Assembly: GCF_004010195.1 (NCBI RefSeq)
Contig: NC_057751.1
Location: forward strand, 2,145,305-2,175,232
Length of the DNA stretch: 29,928 nucleotides
From: Chiloscyllium plagiosum
Lineage: Eukaryota
Reading direction: 5' to 3'
Shown here: positions 1 to 10,268 of the stretch, one piece after another
How positions within the stretch are numbered: position 1 is the first letter of the stretch
How the letters are laid out: each line of letters opens with the position of its first letter
Notes under the pieces: generated by a model
Told to the model about the DNA's origin: nothing
Databases searched by the model: none
What the model saw: the letters and a program-made list of their open reading frames with translations, nothing else
Translations under genes and position numbers: made by a program

Positions 1-77
1 AAAACAAACCTACCAGCTCAACGAGCAAACCGACAACCTAATCCAAAACCTGAGCTGTAAATCTTCTCCAAAATCTC
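1..77 (+). mobile_element. Truncated terminal fragment of a shark interspersed repeat, probably a Penelope-like pseudo-LTR end
   Basis: The sequence 'cctaccagctcaacgagcaaaccgacaacc...cctgagctgtaaatcttctc' resembles a repeat terminus I recall from shark genomes. It is cut by the window edge. Confidence 0.3.
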
Positions 78-300
78 AAATCATTAAGTCCATATTTTTC
101 CAAATGTGAGGAAATCTGATTCCTGAGAATTTTTATTCCTGAGAATAATTTCCCTCCCAGTGAAATAAGGCTCACTCTTCCATAATTTCCCAGAAGGGAT
201 CAAGTAAGAATCTGCTGACCAGCAGGTGGTGAGAGTAGGGAGTGAGATTTGCATTAAAACTTACAATTTATCCATCACACCCAGAGTAGTCCATGTTTAG

Positions 301-341
301 CCCGATTTTCAATCATACAAACCCGATTTTCAATCATACAA
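301..341 (+). repeat. Perfect tandem duplication, 21-bp period
   Basis: cccgattttcaatcatacaa at 301-320 and 322-341. Confidence 0.95.
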
Positions 342-570
342 GATATCCATGAAATAGGCCAAATTCTCTCCCACATCCGCATGTCCTATTGCAGCATTGC
401 AAATTGGAAAACTTTGTTGGTAAGGTTTGTTGTCTCATTACCCTGGGCTAGTTCTGTTACTTGGTAGCAAATATGATACATGAGCAGATATGCAAGTCCC
501 TCCTCAAAAGATAAGGAGCATGGTGCAATTTCAAATTCTACCAGATCTCATTCAAGGACCCTGCTTCCAA

Positions 571-588
571 ATGAAAACATAAACAACT
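571..588 (+). promoter_or_regulatory. Possible decayed mononegavirus gene-end/gene-start junction
   Basis: ATGAAAA-CATA-AACAACT resembles the rhabdovirus (T)ATG(A)7...AACA junction. It sits between the G-like and L-like segments, with an ATG at 601. The A-run is only 4 long. Confidence 0.25.
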
Positions 589-931
589 GACAGAAATTCA
601 ATGTGCTCCATCCAATGCAAAATCAGTTCAGATCAACAGGACCATCCAGCCCACTAATCCCAACCATTCAGAGTTCCAGCTGCTCTCTCAATGAGCACAG
701 TCTCCTGGTTCCAATCAAAACCCCTGTTAATTTTGCTGGTCATCTTGATCTCACAAAATACATTACTGGGAAAAAAAGAGTACAAAACTATGAGAAAAGA
801 TTGTGAGAATGGACCTATATTCCACAAATTTCATGAGAGGTGATCTGAATCAAATGGATAAAAGTTTAAGTGGGGTTGACAGTGCCAATGCTGAGAGACT
901 TTCTCCCCAGGCTAGAATTTTTATAAATATG

Positions 932-1191
932 GAGAAAGTGAGGACTGCAGATGCGGGAGAGTCAGAGTTGAAAAATGTGGCACTGGAAAAGCACAGCAGG
1001 TCAGGCAGCTTCCGAGGAGCAGGAGAGTCGATGCGATGGGCATAGGTTAGGCCCCCACTCCCCTATTTATTTCTCAGCCCCTTTCCCCCTCCACATTCCT
1101 GATGAAGGGCTTATGCCCGAAACATCGTCTCTCCTGCTCCTCGGATGCTGCCTGACTTGCTGTGCTTTTCCAACGCCAAACTTTTCAACTC
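932..1191. mobile_element. Penelope-derived non-autonomous foldback element with inverted arms
   Basis: gagaaagtgaggactgcagatg...gaaaagcacagcaggtcaggcagc and its inverted copy. Flanked by a 14-bp direct repeat with 1 mismatch (918-931 / 1192-1205). Confidence 0.75.
1093..1130 (+). ncRNA. Minimal type I hammerhead ribozyme-like motif (decayed)
   Basis: CTGATGA-A-GGGC-TTAT-GCCC-GAAAC-ATC. Sister copies have GAAAC-GTC. Confidence 0.55.
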
Positions 1192-1416
1192 TTTTTATAC
1201 ATATGGGCATGCATCTCAGAATAAGAGGGTCAGCCATTTAGGAATAAGTTGAAAAGTCAGTTCCTCACTTAATTATGAATGTTTTGAATCATCTACTCCA
1301 CAGAACAGTAGCTCTTCAATGCTTGGGCACAATTCAAGTTGAGAACAAACTGAGTAGTTTTGAACACTAAAGGGATTCAAAGGATTACAGTACAATGTAG
1401 GAAAGTGCATTTATAT

Positions 1417-1765
1417 AATCATAGAATCCTGACAGTGAGAAAACAGGTCCTTTGGCCCAATAAGTGCACACCATCCCTCCAAAGAGTGACCCACCCCGAC
1501 CCATTCCCCTACCATATTATCCTATATTTACCCCTTTACTAATGTACCTAACCTACACACCCCTGAACACTATGGGCAATTTAGCATGACCAATTCACCT
1601 AACCAGCACATCTTTGGACTGTGGGAGAAAACTGGAGCAACCGGAGGAAACCCACACAAACACAGGAAGAATGTGCAAACTCCACACAGACAGTTGCCTG
1701 AGGCTAGAATCGAACCTGGGTCCCTCATACTGTGATACAGCAGTGCTAACCACTAAGCCACCATG
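1417..1765 (-). mobile_element. HE1-like tRNA-derived SINE, full length
   Basis: On the - strand: A box tggcttagtgg, B box ggttcgattct, conserved central domain (gagtttgcacattct), and a LINE-like ATTCTATGA tail. Confidence 0.9.
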
Positions 1766-1784
1766 GAGCTATCATGGTTTTTTC

Positions 1785-1933
1785 ATTGTCACTAGACCAT
1801 AACCTGGAAACCCCCTCCTCCAATGCAGTGGACTGTAATCATTTAAGAATGTGGCTCAAATTCATCTTGAGCTGTTAGGGTGAAGCAACAAACGTTGGCT
1901 TTGTTACTGCCACTCAAATCTTGTGAATGAATA
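1785..1933 (+). mobile_element. Degenerate LINE 3' tail fragment
   Basis: ggactg...aagaatgtggctca...ttagggtga...cttgtgaatgaata, a tail pattern recalled from shark LINE repeats. Confidence 0.45.
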
Positions 1934-1974
1934 TATACGTCATGAATTAGCATCAATTGATACAAATAGTCTAT

Positions 1975-2290
1975 TTTCTTTCATTCTTGAGCTACAGCCG
2001 TTGCTGATAAATCTGATATTTATTGCTTACTCTCAACTGCTATTGAGAAACTAGTGTGCTATTTTCTGTAGTCAGGGTGGCAAATAACTAAACATTTGCT
2101 GGGAGGGACATTTTAGGATTCCAATCCAGTAATATTTAAGTTAGAGTAATGTTAAGAACATATATGATTGGCTGCCCATATCCTTTTGTTGTGATTAACA
2201 AGTTTTGGAGGTGTTGCCAAAGTCTCAGCCACTTGCTGCAATGCATCCCTGTAGATCCACTGGATACTATTAAGTAGTTAATGTCCAAAA
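1975..2290 (-). mobile_element. Degenerate LINE 3' fragment, same family as 1785-1933
   Basis: Reverse-complement tail (ttcattcttg...tatttattgc...ttgagaa) followed by decayed ORF2 end. Confidence 0.4.
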
Positions 2291-2329
2291 TCAACCATGA
2301 TCTGAGTAAATGGTGCAATAGTTTTGAAG

Positions 2330-2545
2330 GTGGGTTTAACCTCCTCCTGGTTTGATTTCTGATGTTATGATGAGTCTGGTGTCTGCCTTAAGTTTGCTCT
2401 GAACAAATCTGTGCAAACTTGCATTACCACTCCTACAATGTAACTACCATTCCTACAATTACCTTAAATGTAATATTCTTCAGCAGGAACCTTTCCATTA
2501 AGTATCTCACATATCTCCAGATGGTTAAGGGCATAGGGCATTATA
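2330..2545 (+). pseudogene. L: L-protein N-terminal region fragment (EVE)
   Basis: GFNLLL/LISDVMMS resembles the L consensus (F/N)xxLMxxDVxxGR. YLQMVKGIGHYI resembles YxxxKxxE upstream of GHP. Confidence 0.45.
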
Positions 2546-2560
2546 TCTGATAATCTTTGA

Positions 2561-2670
2561 GGAGAAAGTGAGGTCTGCAGATGCTTGTGCCCGAAACGTC
2601 GATTCTCCTGTTCCCTGGATGCTGCCTGGCCTGCTGCGCTTTTCCAGCAACGCATTTTCAGCTCTGATCT
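2561..2670. mobile_element. Internally deleted copy of the Penelope-derived foldback element
   Basis: ggagaaagtgaggtctgcagatgc fused to gcccgaaacgtcgattctcc...cagctctgatct. An 11-bp repeat atctgataatc occurs at 2545-2555 and 2667-2677. Confidence 0.75.
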
Positions 2671-2843
2671 GATAATCCTCAATTCCAATTTCCAGCCTTT
2701 TCCCATAATCTCAGATTCCTCGACTGATTAAAAATCTCCCTGCCTTGAATACACTTAATATTGCAGCCTCTGCAGCCCTCAATGCTAAATACAGCCACAG
2801 ATTTTTTACCCTATAAGAGAAAAATTCTTCCTGATCTCTGTTG
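2671..2843 (-). mobile_element. CR1-type LINE 3' fragment
   Basis: Minus-strand ORF FFSYRVKNLW..L..RAAEA..LSVFK, the CR1 ORF2 C-terminal motif. Confidence 0.75.
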
Positions 2844-2844
2844 A

Positions 2845-3325
2845 CGAGGGAAGCCAGCAACTGTAACAGTGTGAGGTCACCCCAAGTTAACACTGCGAGG
2901 GCGGAATGCTCGGACTGAATCTAATAACAACTCTGAAATGTTGTTCTATTATGGAGATAATTGCTGAGATTAATTAGATCCTTTCTGGTGCTCTGCAATA
3001 TAACTCATGCTGAAGTTTGAAATGTTTTTATGCAAACAGAGTAATCAGTTCAATAAAAAACTGATTAATTGGAAACAAAAAAGCACATCTGAAGGTAAAT
3101 ACTGCAAAATATAATTGCACACAGAATGGTATGGACGGTATCATCATTAATTATTGTTTGATTTCAATAATTCAAATGATCACAGCTCATTTTAAAAATG
3201 CAATACTAGTGTCTGGTTAAACACTCGAGTGAAATCTATGAAATCAAAATGTGAATGTTGTGTGTATCTGGAGATCTTAAACTACTTAATAGCCCAATTG
3301 GTCCCTCATGTAATACCGTCACTGT
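2845..3325 (+). pseudogene. L: L-protein GHP and pre-motif-A region (EVE)
   Basis: tga ggt cac ccc = (W>stop)GHP at 2872-2883, followed by KLTLRG/GMLGLNLITTLK, paralleling the rhabdovirus WGHPxIxxxxGLxKL pattern. Downstream are ILVSG*..EIK and ILNYLIAQLVPHVIPSLS. Confidence 0.7.
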
Positions 3326-4603
3326 CATCAGAGAGTCATAGAGATGTACAGCACAAAACAGACCCTTCGGTCCAACTCATGCATGATAACCACACATCCG
3401 AACCGAATCTAGTCCCATTTGACAGCACTTGGCCAATATCCCTCTGAACCCCTCCTATTCACATACCCATCCAGATGCCTTTTAAATGTTGCAATTGTAC
3501 CAGCCTCCACCACTTCCTCTGGCAGCTCATACCATACACGTACCACCCTCTGTGTGAAAAAGTTGCTCCTGAGGTCTCTTTTATATCTTTCTCCTCTCAC
3601 CCTAAACCTATGCCCTCTAGTTCTGGACTCTCCCATCCCAGGGAAAAGACTTTGTCTACTTATCCAATCCATGCCTCTCATGAATTTATAAACCCCTATA
3701 ATATCAACCCTGAGCCTCCAAAGCCCCAGGGAAAACAGCCCCAGACCATTCAGCCTCTCCCTATAGATCAAATCATCCAACCCTGGCAACATCCCTGTAA
3801 ATCTTTTCTGAACCCTTTCAAGTTTCACAACATCCTTCCAATAGGAAGGAGACCAGAATTGCATGCAATATTCCAAAAATGGCCGAACCAATGTCTTGTA
3901 CAGCCGCAACATGACCTCCCAACTCCAAAGCTCAATGGTCTGACCAATAAAGGAAAGCATACCAAATGCCTTCTTCACTATCCTACCTATCTGTGACTCC
4001 ACTTTCAAGGAACTATGAACCTGCACCCTGAGGTCTCTTTGTTCAGCAAAACTCTTCAGAACTTTTCCATTAAATGCATCAGTCCTGCTCTGCTTTGCAA
4101 TTCCAAAATGCAGCACTTCACATTTATCTAAATTGGACGGCACAGTGGTTCAGTGGTTAGCACTGCTGCCTCACAATGCCAGGGTTTGATTCCAGCCTCG
4201 GGCGACTGTCTGTGTGGAGTTTGCATGTTCTCCCCTTGTCGGCGTAAGTTTCCTCTGGGTCCTCCAGTCTCCTCCCACAGTCCAAAGATGTGCAGGTTAG
4301 GTTAACTGGCTGTGCTAAATTGCTCATAGAGTTCAGGGATGTGTAGGTTAGGTACATTAGTCAGGGGTAAATATATGGTAGGGGGAATAGGTCTGGGTGG
4401 GTTACTCTTCGGAGGGTTGGTGTGGACATGTTGGGCCAAAGGGCCTGTTTCCACACTGTAGTGATTCTAGTTGTAATTCAAAAATTAAACTCCATCTGCC
4501 ACTCATCAGCCCATTGGCACATCTGATCAAGATCCCCTTGTGCTGTGAGGTAACCTTTTTTGCTGTCCACAACACCTCCAATTTTGGTGTCATCTGCAAA
4601 CTT
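3326..4603 (-). mobile_element. CR1/HER1-type LINE, 5'-truncated, relatively young (SINE inserted at 4135-4481)
   Basis: 244-aa open ORF2 C-terminus (LYKTLVRPFLEYC.QFWSP...FFTQRVV), KFADDTK at about 4580-4603, and a microsatellite-like 3' tail. Confidence 0.95.
4135..4481 (+). mobile_element. HE1-like tRNA-derived SINE nested in CR1
   Basis: A box tggttcagtgg (4146-4156), B box gggtttgattcc (4182-4193), central domain and LINE tail. Short direct repeat aaatt at 4130-4134 / 4482-4486. Confidence 0.9.
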
Positions 4604-4695
4604 GCTGAAATATCAATCATGTCAGAAATATCAATCCACATTTAGAAAGAAACAGACAGTTGAGTTGACTCAGGGAAAAACATTGACATTTTATT
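4604..4695 (+). pseudogene. L: L-protein RdRp motif-A-like fragment (EVE)
   Basis: KYQSTFRKKQTVELTQ/NIDIL resembles DxxK(Y/W)xxxFRxE...QxxDxL. It contains a small duplication, gaaatatcaatc x2. Confidence 0.5.
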
Positions 4696-5072
4696 AATAG
4701 AAGGCATTATAAGTCATGATTCAGCTATGCAGAACCTTAGTTAGACCATACCTGGAGTTACTGTGAACAATTTTGGATGCTACACCTTAGGAAGAATACA
4801 TTTGCTTCAGAAGAAATGCATTGAACATTTGAAATAAAAAGAAAATAGAAAGTGATGAAGCTCAGCAGGTCTGGCAACATTTATTCAGAGAGAAACATAT
4901 TTATTGGACTGATACCTGAACTTTGAGGGTTTAGCTATAAGTCTAGATTGCACAAGCTCGGGTTATTTTGTGTGAAAACACAAGATTTGAGTTGATTTGA
5001 TCGAAGTTTTCAAGATATTAATGGGAACACACTGGGTAGATTGAGAGAAATAATTTGTTGGAGAGTCCAGAG

Positions 5073-5339
5073 TGTTGTGTTATCACTTAAAGAGAGAACA
5101 TGTTCATGAATAAGTCAGTAAGATGTCAAACATATGACAACAACCAATACATAATCATGTTTACAGTATGTAGTGTGTGGGAGTGGACTGTAGTTTGATG
5201 TAACAAATGCTGCTATACTTCTGAAACAAATCTATCTGTTGAGTAATCCTACAAAATAATATCAAATTAAATATAAGCTAGGTTGATCAACCAGTCTTGA
5301 TATGAAATTGTTAAGTTTCTGAAAGCAAACCTAAAACCA
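5073..5339. mobile_element. Probable solo LTR inserted in CR1
   Basis: Starts tgttgtgttatcacttaaagag, ends near ..aaacca, and interrupts CR1 colinearity. Confidence 0.35.
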
Positions 5340-5518
5340 ATATCTAGGGACATGGGCAGAGTCTAAATCAAGAGCTCGAACATTTAGGAATGAAGTCAAG
5401 ACTTGGGAGCGTTCTTAAAAAAAACTGATTTAATAACTGATCTTAAATATGGCACCAAGATATTTTGTAAACCAGAGGCATTAAGGAGTGTGAGTCAAAG
5501 GTGAGTACATGGAGTTAA

Positions 5519-6680
5519 GAAAATTACAGCCCAGGAACAGGCCCTGTGTCGATCCAAGTCCATTGTCTAAACTAATGTCCAATTCCCTCTGCTCCCCAGC
5601 TACGCATGCATCTGTCCAGATGCCCCTTAAATGAATCTACCATGCCTGCCTCTACTGGCAACACGGTCCAGGCACCTACCACCCTCTGTGTAAAGTACAT
5701 TCCACGTGTATCCCCTTTAAACTTTTTTCCTCTCACCTTGAACGCATGACCTCTCATTATTGAATCCCTCACCCTGGGAAAAAGCTTATCTCTATCCACC
5801 TTGTCTATACCTTCATGATTTTGTAGACCTCAATCAGGTCCCCCCCAATATCCTTTTTTTCTAATGAAAACTACTCAAACTCTCTTCATAGCTAGTACCA
5901 TCCACACCAGGCAACATCCTCATAAACCTTCTCTGCACCCTCTCCAAAGCATCCATATCCTTTTGGTGATGTGGCAACCAGAAATGTGCACAGTATTCTA
6001 AATGAGGCCGAACCAACATCTTGTACAATTTTATCATGACCTGCCAGCTCTTATACTCAATACCCTGTCCGATGAAGGCCAGCATACCATATGCCTTCTT
6101 GACCACCCTATCCACCTGTGCAGCCACCTTCAAGGTACAATGGACCAGAACTCCCAGATCTCTATGCTTATCAACTTTCCCAAAGGCTCTTTCATTTATA
6201 GAATAGTTTGCTGTAGAATTAGACCTTCCAAAATGCATCGCCTCACATTTGCCTGGATTGAAATCCATCTGCCACTTCTCTGCCCAACTCTCCAGTCTTT
6301 CTATATTCTCCTGTATTCTTTGACAGTCCCCTATGCTTTCTGCTATTCCAACAATCTTCGTGTCATCTGCAAACTTACTGATCAGACCACCAATTCCCTC
6401 TTCCAGATCATTTATGTATATCACAAACAGCAGTAGTCGAGCACTGATCGCTGTGGAACACCAATGGTCACCTTTCTCCATTTCGAGAAACTCCCTTCAA
6501 CCACTACTCTCTGTCTCCTGTTGCTCAATCAGTTCTTTATCCACCTAGCTAGAACACCCTGCACACCATATGACTTCACTTTCTCCATTAGTTTACCATT
6601 GGTAACTTAAATGCCTTACTAAAGTCCATGTTTTTGACATCTACAACCCTTCCTCAAAGAACTCTATTAAGTTGGTAATA
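5519..6680 (-). mobile_element. CR1-type LINE, 5'-truncated, with RT core
   Basis: ORF 5861-6481: LFVIYINDL..ISKFADDTK...LVRPHLEYC. ORF 5572-5799 is the C-terminus. Confidence 0.95.
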
Positions 6681-6898
6681 GATCATGGGAGTTAGGTCAT
6701 AAATCAGTCATGATCTCATTGAATGGCAGCAGAACAGGCTTGTAAAGCAAAATGGTTTTCTCTGATTTGCAGGTTTCTTGAATATTTCTTGGGAAATGGG
6801 AAAAAAGTCTCTCAAAGTCTGCAAACCATAAGACCATAAGATATAGGAGAAGAATTAGGCCATTCAGTCCATCAAGTCTGTTATGCCATTCAATCATG

Positions 6899-7240
6899 CT
6901 CTCAGTATCAGGTTGTAGCCTAATTTGCATAACTCAGGTAGTTGGCAAGCTTTTTCATGGATTAGGTAGCAGCTACGTTTTCCAACCAACATTGAAGATA
7001 GTCAAATCAATGGGCCCTTTGTGCATGTGCCCACACCCTGTGCAACAGCCCAGGGCATAAGGTGAAAATCTACTTGCCATTTCTGGTAGCTTCAGTGAAG
7101 AAGTAGTGAAAAGAACTGAATGCACAGAAACCTTATTCACAAAACAGGAAAGCTAGATCCACCTTCATACAGGTGCGAGGGATCCACTAAATTCTCCAGT
7201 TTTCACTCACACTCAATCCCAGACCTGAGGAGATGATGTA
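6899..7240 (+). pseudogene. L: L-protein capping (PRNTase) domain, motifs A and B (EVE)
   Basis: CS(6914)..LR.SW(6933-6945), FVHVPTPCATAQGIR, then tac ttg cca ttt ct ggt agc ttc agt gaa gaa = YLPF(L)GSFSEE with a 1-nt deletion, matching the PYLGSxT(x)E motif. Confidence 0.65.
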
Positions 7241-7805
7241 CAGAGAATATAAAATAAAGTTACTGATACTTGTGTAAAGCACTGACATGATCTCAACTGA
7301 TGTATTATGTCTGGTTCGCAACATCAAACTTTAACCAAGTTGTGAAAGCACTAGAGGGAGCGCATACATGATTTTTAAGAATGGTTCCATGGTTGAGGAA
7401 ATTAAGTTACAGAAGTTAGATTACAGAATTTAACACTGTTTTCTTTGGAGTAGAAGAAGTTCAGAGATTAGATATAAGAGTTCAAAAAGAATGAGCAGTC
7501 TGGAAAGTCGATATGAAGAATATATTCCCATGGGCAGAAGGATGAGGGAAGCACGTATTTAAAATAATTGGCAAAAATATTAAATGAGGAGAAATCTTTG
7601 CATGCAAGATAATGGTTAGGAGCTAGAATGCACAGTCTGAGATTATAATGAGACAGGTTCAATCAAAGCAATCAAAAAGGAATTAGATTATTAGGGAAGC
7701 ATGGAAGAATGTGCAGGGCTGTGCAGAGAGAAGGCTGTGGAATGACACAAAGTAGATTCGTCATTTGATGCATTGGAACAGTTCTGTGAGTCTATGAGTC
7801 TGTGA
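7240..7805 (+). mobile_element. Degenerate CR1-type LINE 3' portion
   Basis: Decayed EYK...L.K.L..QL.Y ORF2 end and tail ttctgtgagtctatgagtctgtga. Confidence 0.7.
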
Positions 7806-8165
7806 TCCATCAGATCCTCCCTGTCCCAGACATCGGTGGATCCGTCAGCCATTCCTGGGCCCAGATCGACCAATAATCTCTGCACTGCAGCTGTGGATGA
7901 AATAGTCCTCAGCACATAATCTGGCCCTGTTTTATGTTTGAGCCTTGTAGTGGAGCTGACACCAACAAACTTTCAGAGAACAACTGTGCACAACCAGTTA
8001 AAGCTGTTATGAGAGGTGTGAGGCAGGAAACTCCTCAAACTTTAAAAGTACTTGGATTAGCATTTGCAATTTCAGAACATTCGAGGCTATCATCAATGCT
8101 CGAAAGTAGGACCAGTTTTGATACAGAATAGTTTCTGGTGGCTTTGAAGGGCCATTTTTGCAGTG
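7806..8165 (+). pseudogene. L: L-protein PRNTase motifs D and E (EVE)
   Basis: ILPVPDIGGSVSHSW (GGSxxHR-like, with R decayed to S) and gac acc aac a aac ttt cag = DTNxNFQ with a 2-nt deletion, 40 codons downstream. Confidence 0.7.
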
Positions 8166-8836
8166 TGTGATTCTGGTATTCTCTTGGCATGAACCAGACC
8201 AACCCCCCCTTCAAATATATCAAGGAGATAGCCTGGAGCATAACTTTTACCTTATTTAAGGGCAAATGTAACTTTCAGATGTAAGTCAATTGGTTATAGT
8301 ACTTGGATTTAAGCAACACACATGTTATTCTTCCATTCAGTTAAATTACAAACAAAAAAAAGAATAACAAACTTCAAAGTCTATTGGAAAGCTAACCAGA
8401 ATAACAGATTATTTAATGCCTAAACAGCAACTGTTTCAATTTTGTCACAGCTGATAGTCACATCGTTGGAAAAGCAAATTCAGTTAAATAGACTGTTTCA
8501 CATGCAGTGTGTCTCCAGTCCAGGAGAGAAGAACACCAAGAGAAAATTCCGGCAGAGACATAGAACACCAGCTTTTTGCTATATCAGAGATGAAACATCT
8601 TCAACAGCCAACTCTGAAACCCCAACAACTGTAAGCTACATTAAAACCCTGGTTTTGTGAAAGCCTGATTCCACCCATTCATGCTGCTTCTATTGTTCTC
8701 ACTTTTAAAAACAAAACCAGGGCCTCACAAGCTGTTTATTGGTTTGGAAGAAGCAACTCAACACCTCTGGCTCAAAACCTCTTTTCAAAACAAAACCAGG
8801 ACAAAAGACACCTGTCAAAGCCACAGTATCATCACA
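8166..8836 (-). mobile_element. Solo LTR, same family as 24225-24817 and 26772-27642
   Basis: TGTGAT...ATCACA ends, with shared blocks (acccattca..ctgcttctattgtt, aacagaataacag). The left boundary is 8166 or about 8185. No clean TSD. Confidence 0.75.
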
Positions 8837-9180
8837 ATGTAGTACTTTCTTGTCCACGACAGACAGCTAAGTCCCAGAGCTGTCTAGTCTGCGATTGTTT
8901 TGCTTTACTTCGTTGGAGAACAACCCAAAACATCTTGGAGGAGAAGAGTGATGTGGTAACTTGACATTCTTCACCAGAAGGATGGCTCTTGTGGACTGAT
9001 TATGAAGTGACATTTGGTTGTCCCGATGGAATCATTACAATCTAGTTTAATGACTGATGTGATTCACTCAGATGGCTGGGCTCTAATTGTAAATGTGGCG
9101 AGTGACATTCATGAACCAAAATAACATATTCCAACTGTGATGCATTTTATTATACCTAAATAATCTGTTAAGTACACACA
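8837..9180 (+). pseudogene. Probable L connector-domain fragment (EVE)
   Basis: Low stop density on + (VVLSCPRQ...PEGWLLWTDYEVTFGCPDGIITI). Assigned only by position between the PRNTase and MTase motifs. Confidence 0.4.
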
Positions 9181-9184
9181 AAAT

Positions 9185-10003
9185 CAGGCTAAGAGAGGGG
9201 GCAAAGAAATGTTAAGTGTGACGCTGTACACTTTGGTTGGAAGAATACAGGCATAGATGATTTTCTAAATGGGGAAAGGTTCTGTAAATCTGAAGCGCAA
9301 AGGGACTTAGGAGTCCTAGATCAGGATTTTCTTCCGGTAAACGTGTAGATTCACATGGCTTTTAGGAAGACAAATGCAATGTTTGCAAACATTTCAAGAG
9401 GTCCAGAATATAAAGAGCAGAGATTTAATGCTGAGGATAAATAAGGCTCTGGTGAGATGACATTTGGAATATTGTGACCAGTTTTGCACCCTGTATCTCA
9501 GGAGGGATGTGCTGGTGTTGGAGGGGGTCCAGGTGAGGTTTTCAAGAATGATCCTGCAGATGAAGGGCCTATTGCATGGGGAGTGATTTAGTAGATTTTA
9601 CTCAATGGAGTTTAGAAGGATGAGGGTGATATTTGATTGAAACTTACAGAACACTGAGAGGCCTGGATAGTGTGGACGTGGAGAAGGTGTTTCCACTAGG
9701 AGAGACCAAAGGTGAAGCCTCAGAGTAAAGGAACAACCCTTTGGAGCTGAGATTGACAAGCAATTTCATCAGCCAGAGGTACTGAATCGATGGAAGTCAT
9801 TGCTGTAGAAGGTTGTGGATGCCAAGTCATTGAGTGTATTGATACATGATTGATACATTATTGACCAGAAAGTGGATCAGGTGTACCAGGGAGATGATAG
9901 GGAGAATGGAATTGAGAAACATATCAACTATAATTGAATGGTGGAGCACACTTAACAGGCTGCATGGCCTAACTCTGTTACTAAATCCTATGGTCTTCTG
10001 GTC
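9185..10003 (+). mobile_element. CR1-type LINE 3' portion
   Basis: Decayed HFG.KN...LNGE...QRDLGV...LV.HLEYC ORF2 and tail cctatggtcttctggtc. Confidence 0.85.
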
Positions 10004-10254
10004 AAATACTCAAAAGTATGAAAAATAAATTGAATCGACTGGAAACCCAAAACCAAATCTGAGTGGTAGCGATGATGTTATTTCTGACCACATTGTTGAT
10101 AAAGGTGAAGACTATTACAATGTGAGCTTGTGGAGTAGTTCTGATAAACCTAGCATTTCAGTTTATCTTCTGTGTGCCCGAGACAGTGGTACAGAGGAGA
10201 TCCTCTCTAATCTAGTCTCACATCGGCACAGCTGGAAGAAGACAAACACAAGTG
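10004..10254 (+). pseudogene. L: L-protein methyltransferase-like fragment (EVE)
   Basis: Open frame of about 75 codons including VYLLCARDSGTEEILSNL, resembling the SAM-binding (C)xGDG(S/T)GG motif. Confidence 0.55.
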
Positions 10255-10268
10255 TAGAATCAGAGGAT

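Larger units (their letters stand above)
80..590 (+). pseudogene. Putative decayed C-terminal part of a viral (rhabdovirus-like) type I membrane glycoprotein, part of an endogenous viral element
   Basis: With frameshifts it reads FPEGIK (187-204), HP (278-283), an N-H-T sequon (311-319), QDIHEIGQILSHIR, then ANWKTLLVRFVVSL/GLVLLLG (399-465), a W-K membrane-proximal motif plus hydrophobic run, then a short polar tail. It lies directly upstream of L-like fragments on the same strand. Confidence 0.4.
765..1410 (+). mobile_element. Degenerate CR1-type LINE 3' fragment (interrupted at 932-1191)
   Basis: YEKRL..LYS...MRGDL pattern typical of the CR1 ORF2 C-terminus, continuing after the insertion (GMHLRIRG). 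Confidence 0.7.
4697..6782 (+). mobile_element. Old CR1-type LINE 3' portion, host to nested insertions
   Basis: Decayed LVRPYLE..QFW, continuing across insertions to a LINE tail at 6682-6782. The motif atgg(g)agtta flanks the nested CR1. Confidence 0.65.

Noticed and set aside
789..830. TATGAGAAAAGA followed by ATGGAC as a viral gene end and L start
   Set aside because: It is the CR1 ORF2 YEERL..LGLYS motif, continuous with MRGDL.
2950..3080. TAAT-rich patch as a homeodomain-binding enhancer
   Set aside because: It lies within the L-like fossil between GHP and pre-motif A, and the motif density is explained by AT richness.
3409..4143. 244-aa ORF, and the 206-aa ORF at 5861-6481, as host genes
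   Set aside because: They are truncated CR1 ORF2 pieces. The overlapping opposite-strand ORFs are antisense shadows.
4135..4200. tRNA gene
   Set aside because: It is the tRNA-derived head of a SINE, followed by SINE body and LINE tail, with no full cloverleaf.
8136..8153. GGFEGP resembling RdRp motif B (GGxEG)
   Set aside because: It lies after the PRNTase motifs (wrong order) and is not followed by QKxW.
8839..8874. VVLSCPRQTAKS resembles a terminase Walker A motif (PRQxGKS)
   Set aside because: It lacks the Gly, no convincing Walker B occurs at proper spacing, and the flanking pieces fit an L polymerase better.
10205..10230. SNLVSHRH as the PRNTase HR motif
   Set aside because: Spacing to GxxT and FQ does not fit. 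The 7835-7858 site fits both.
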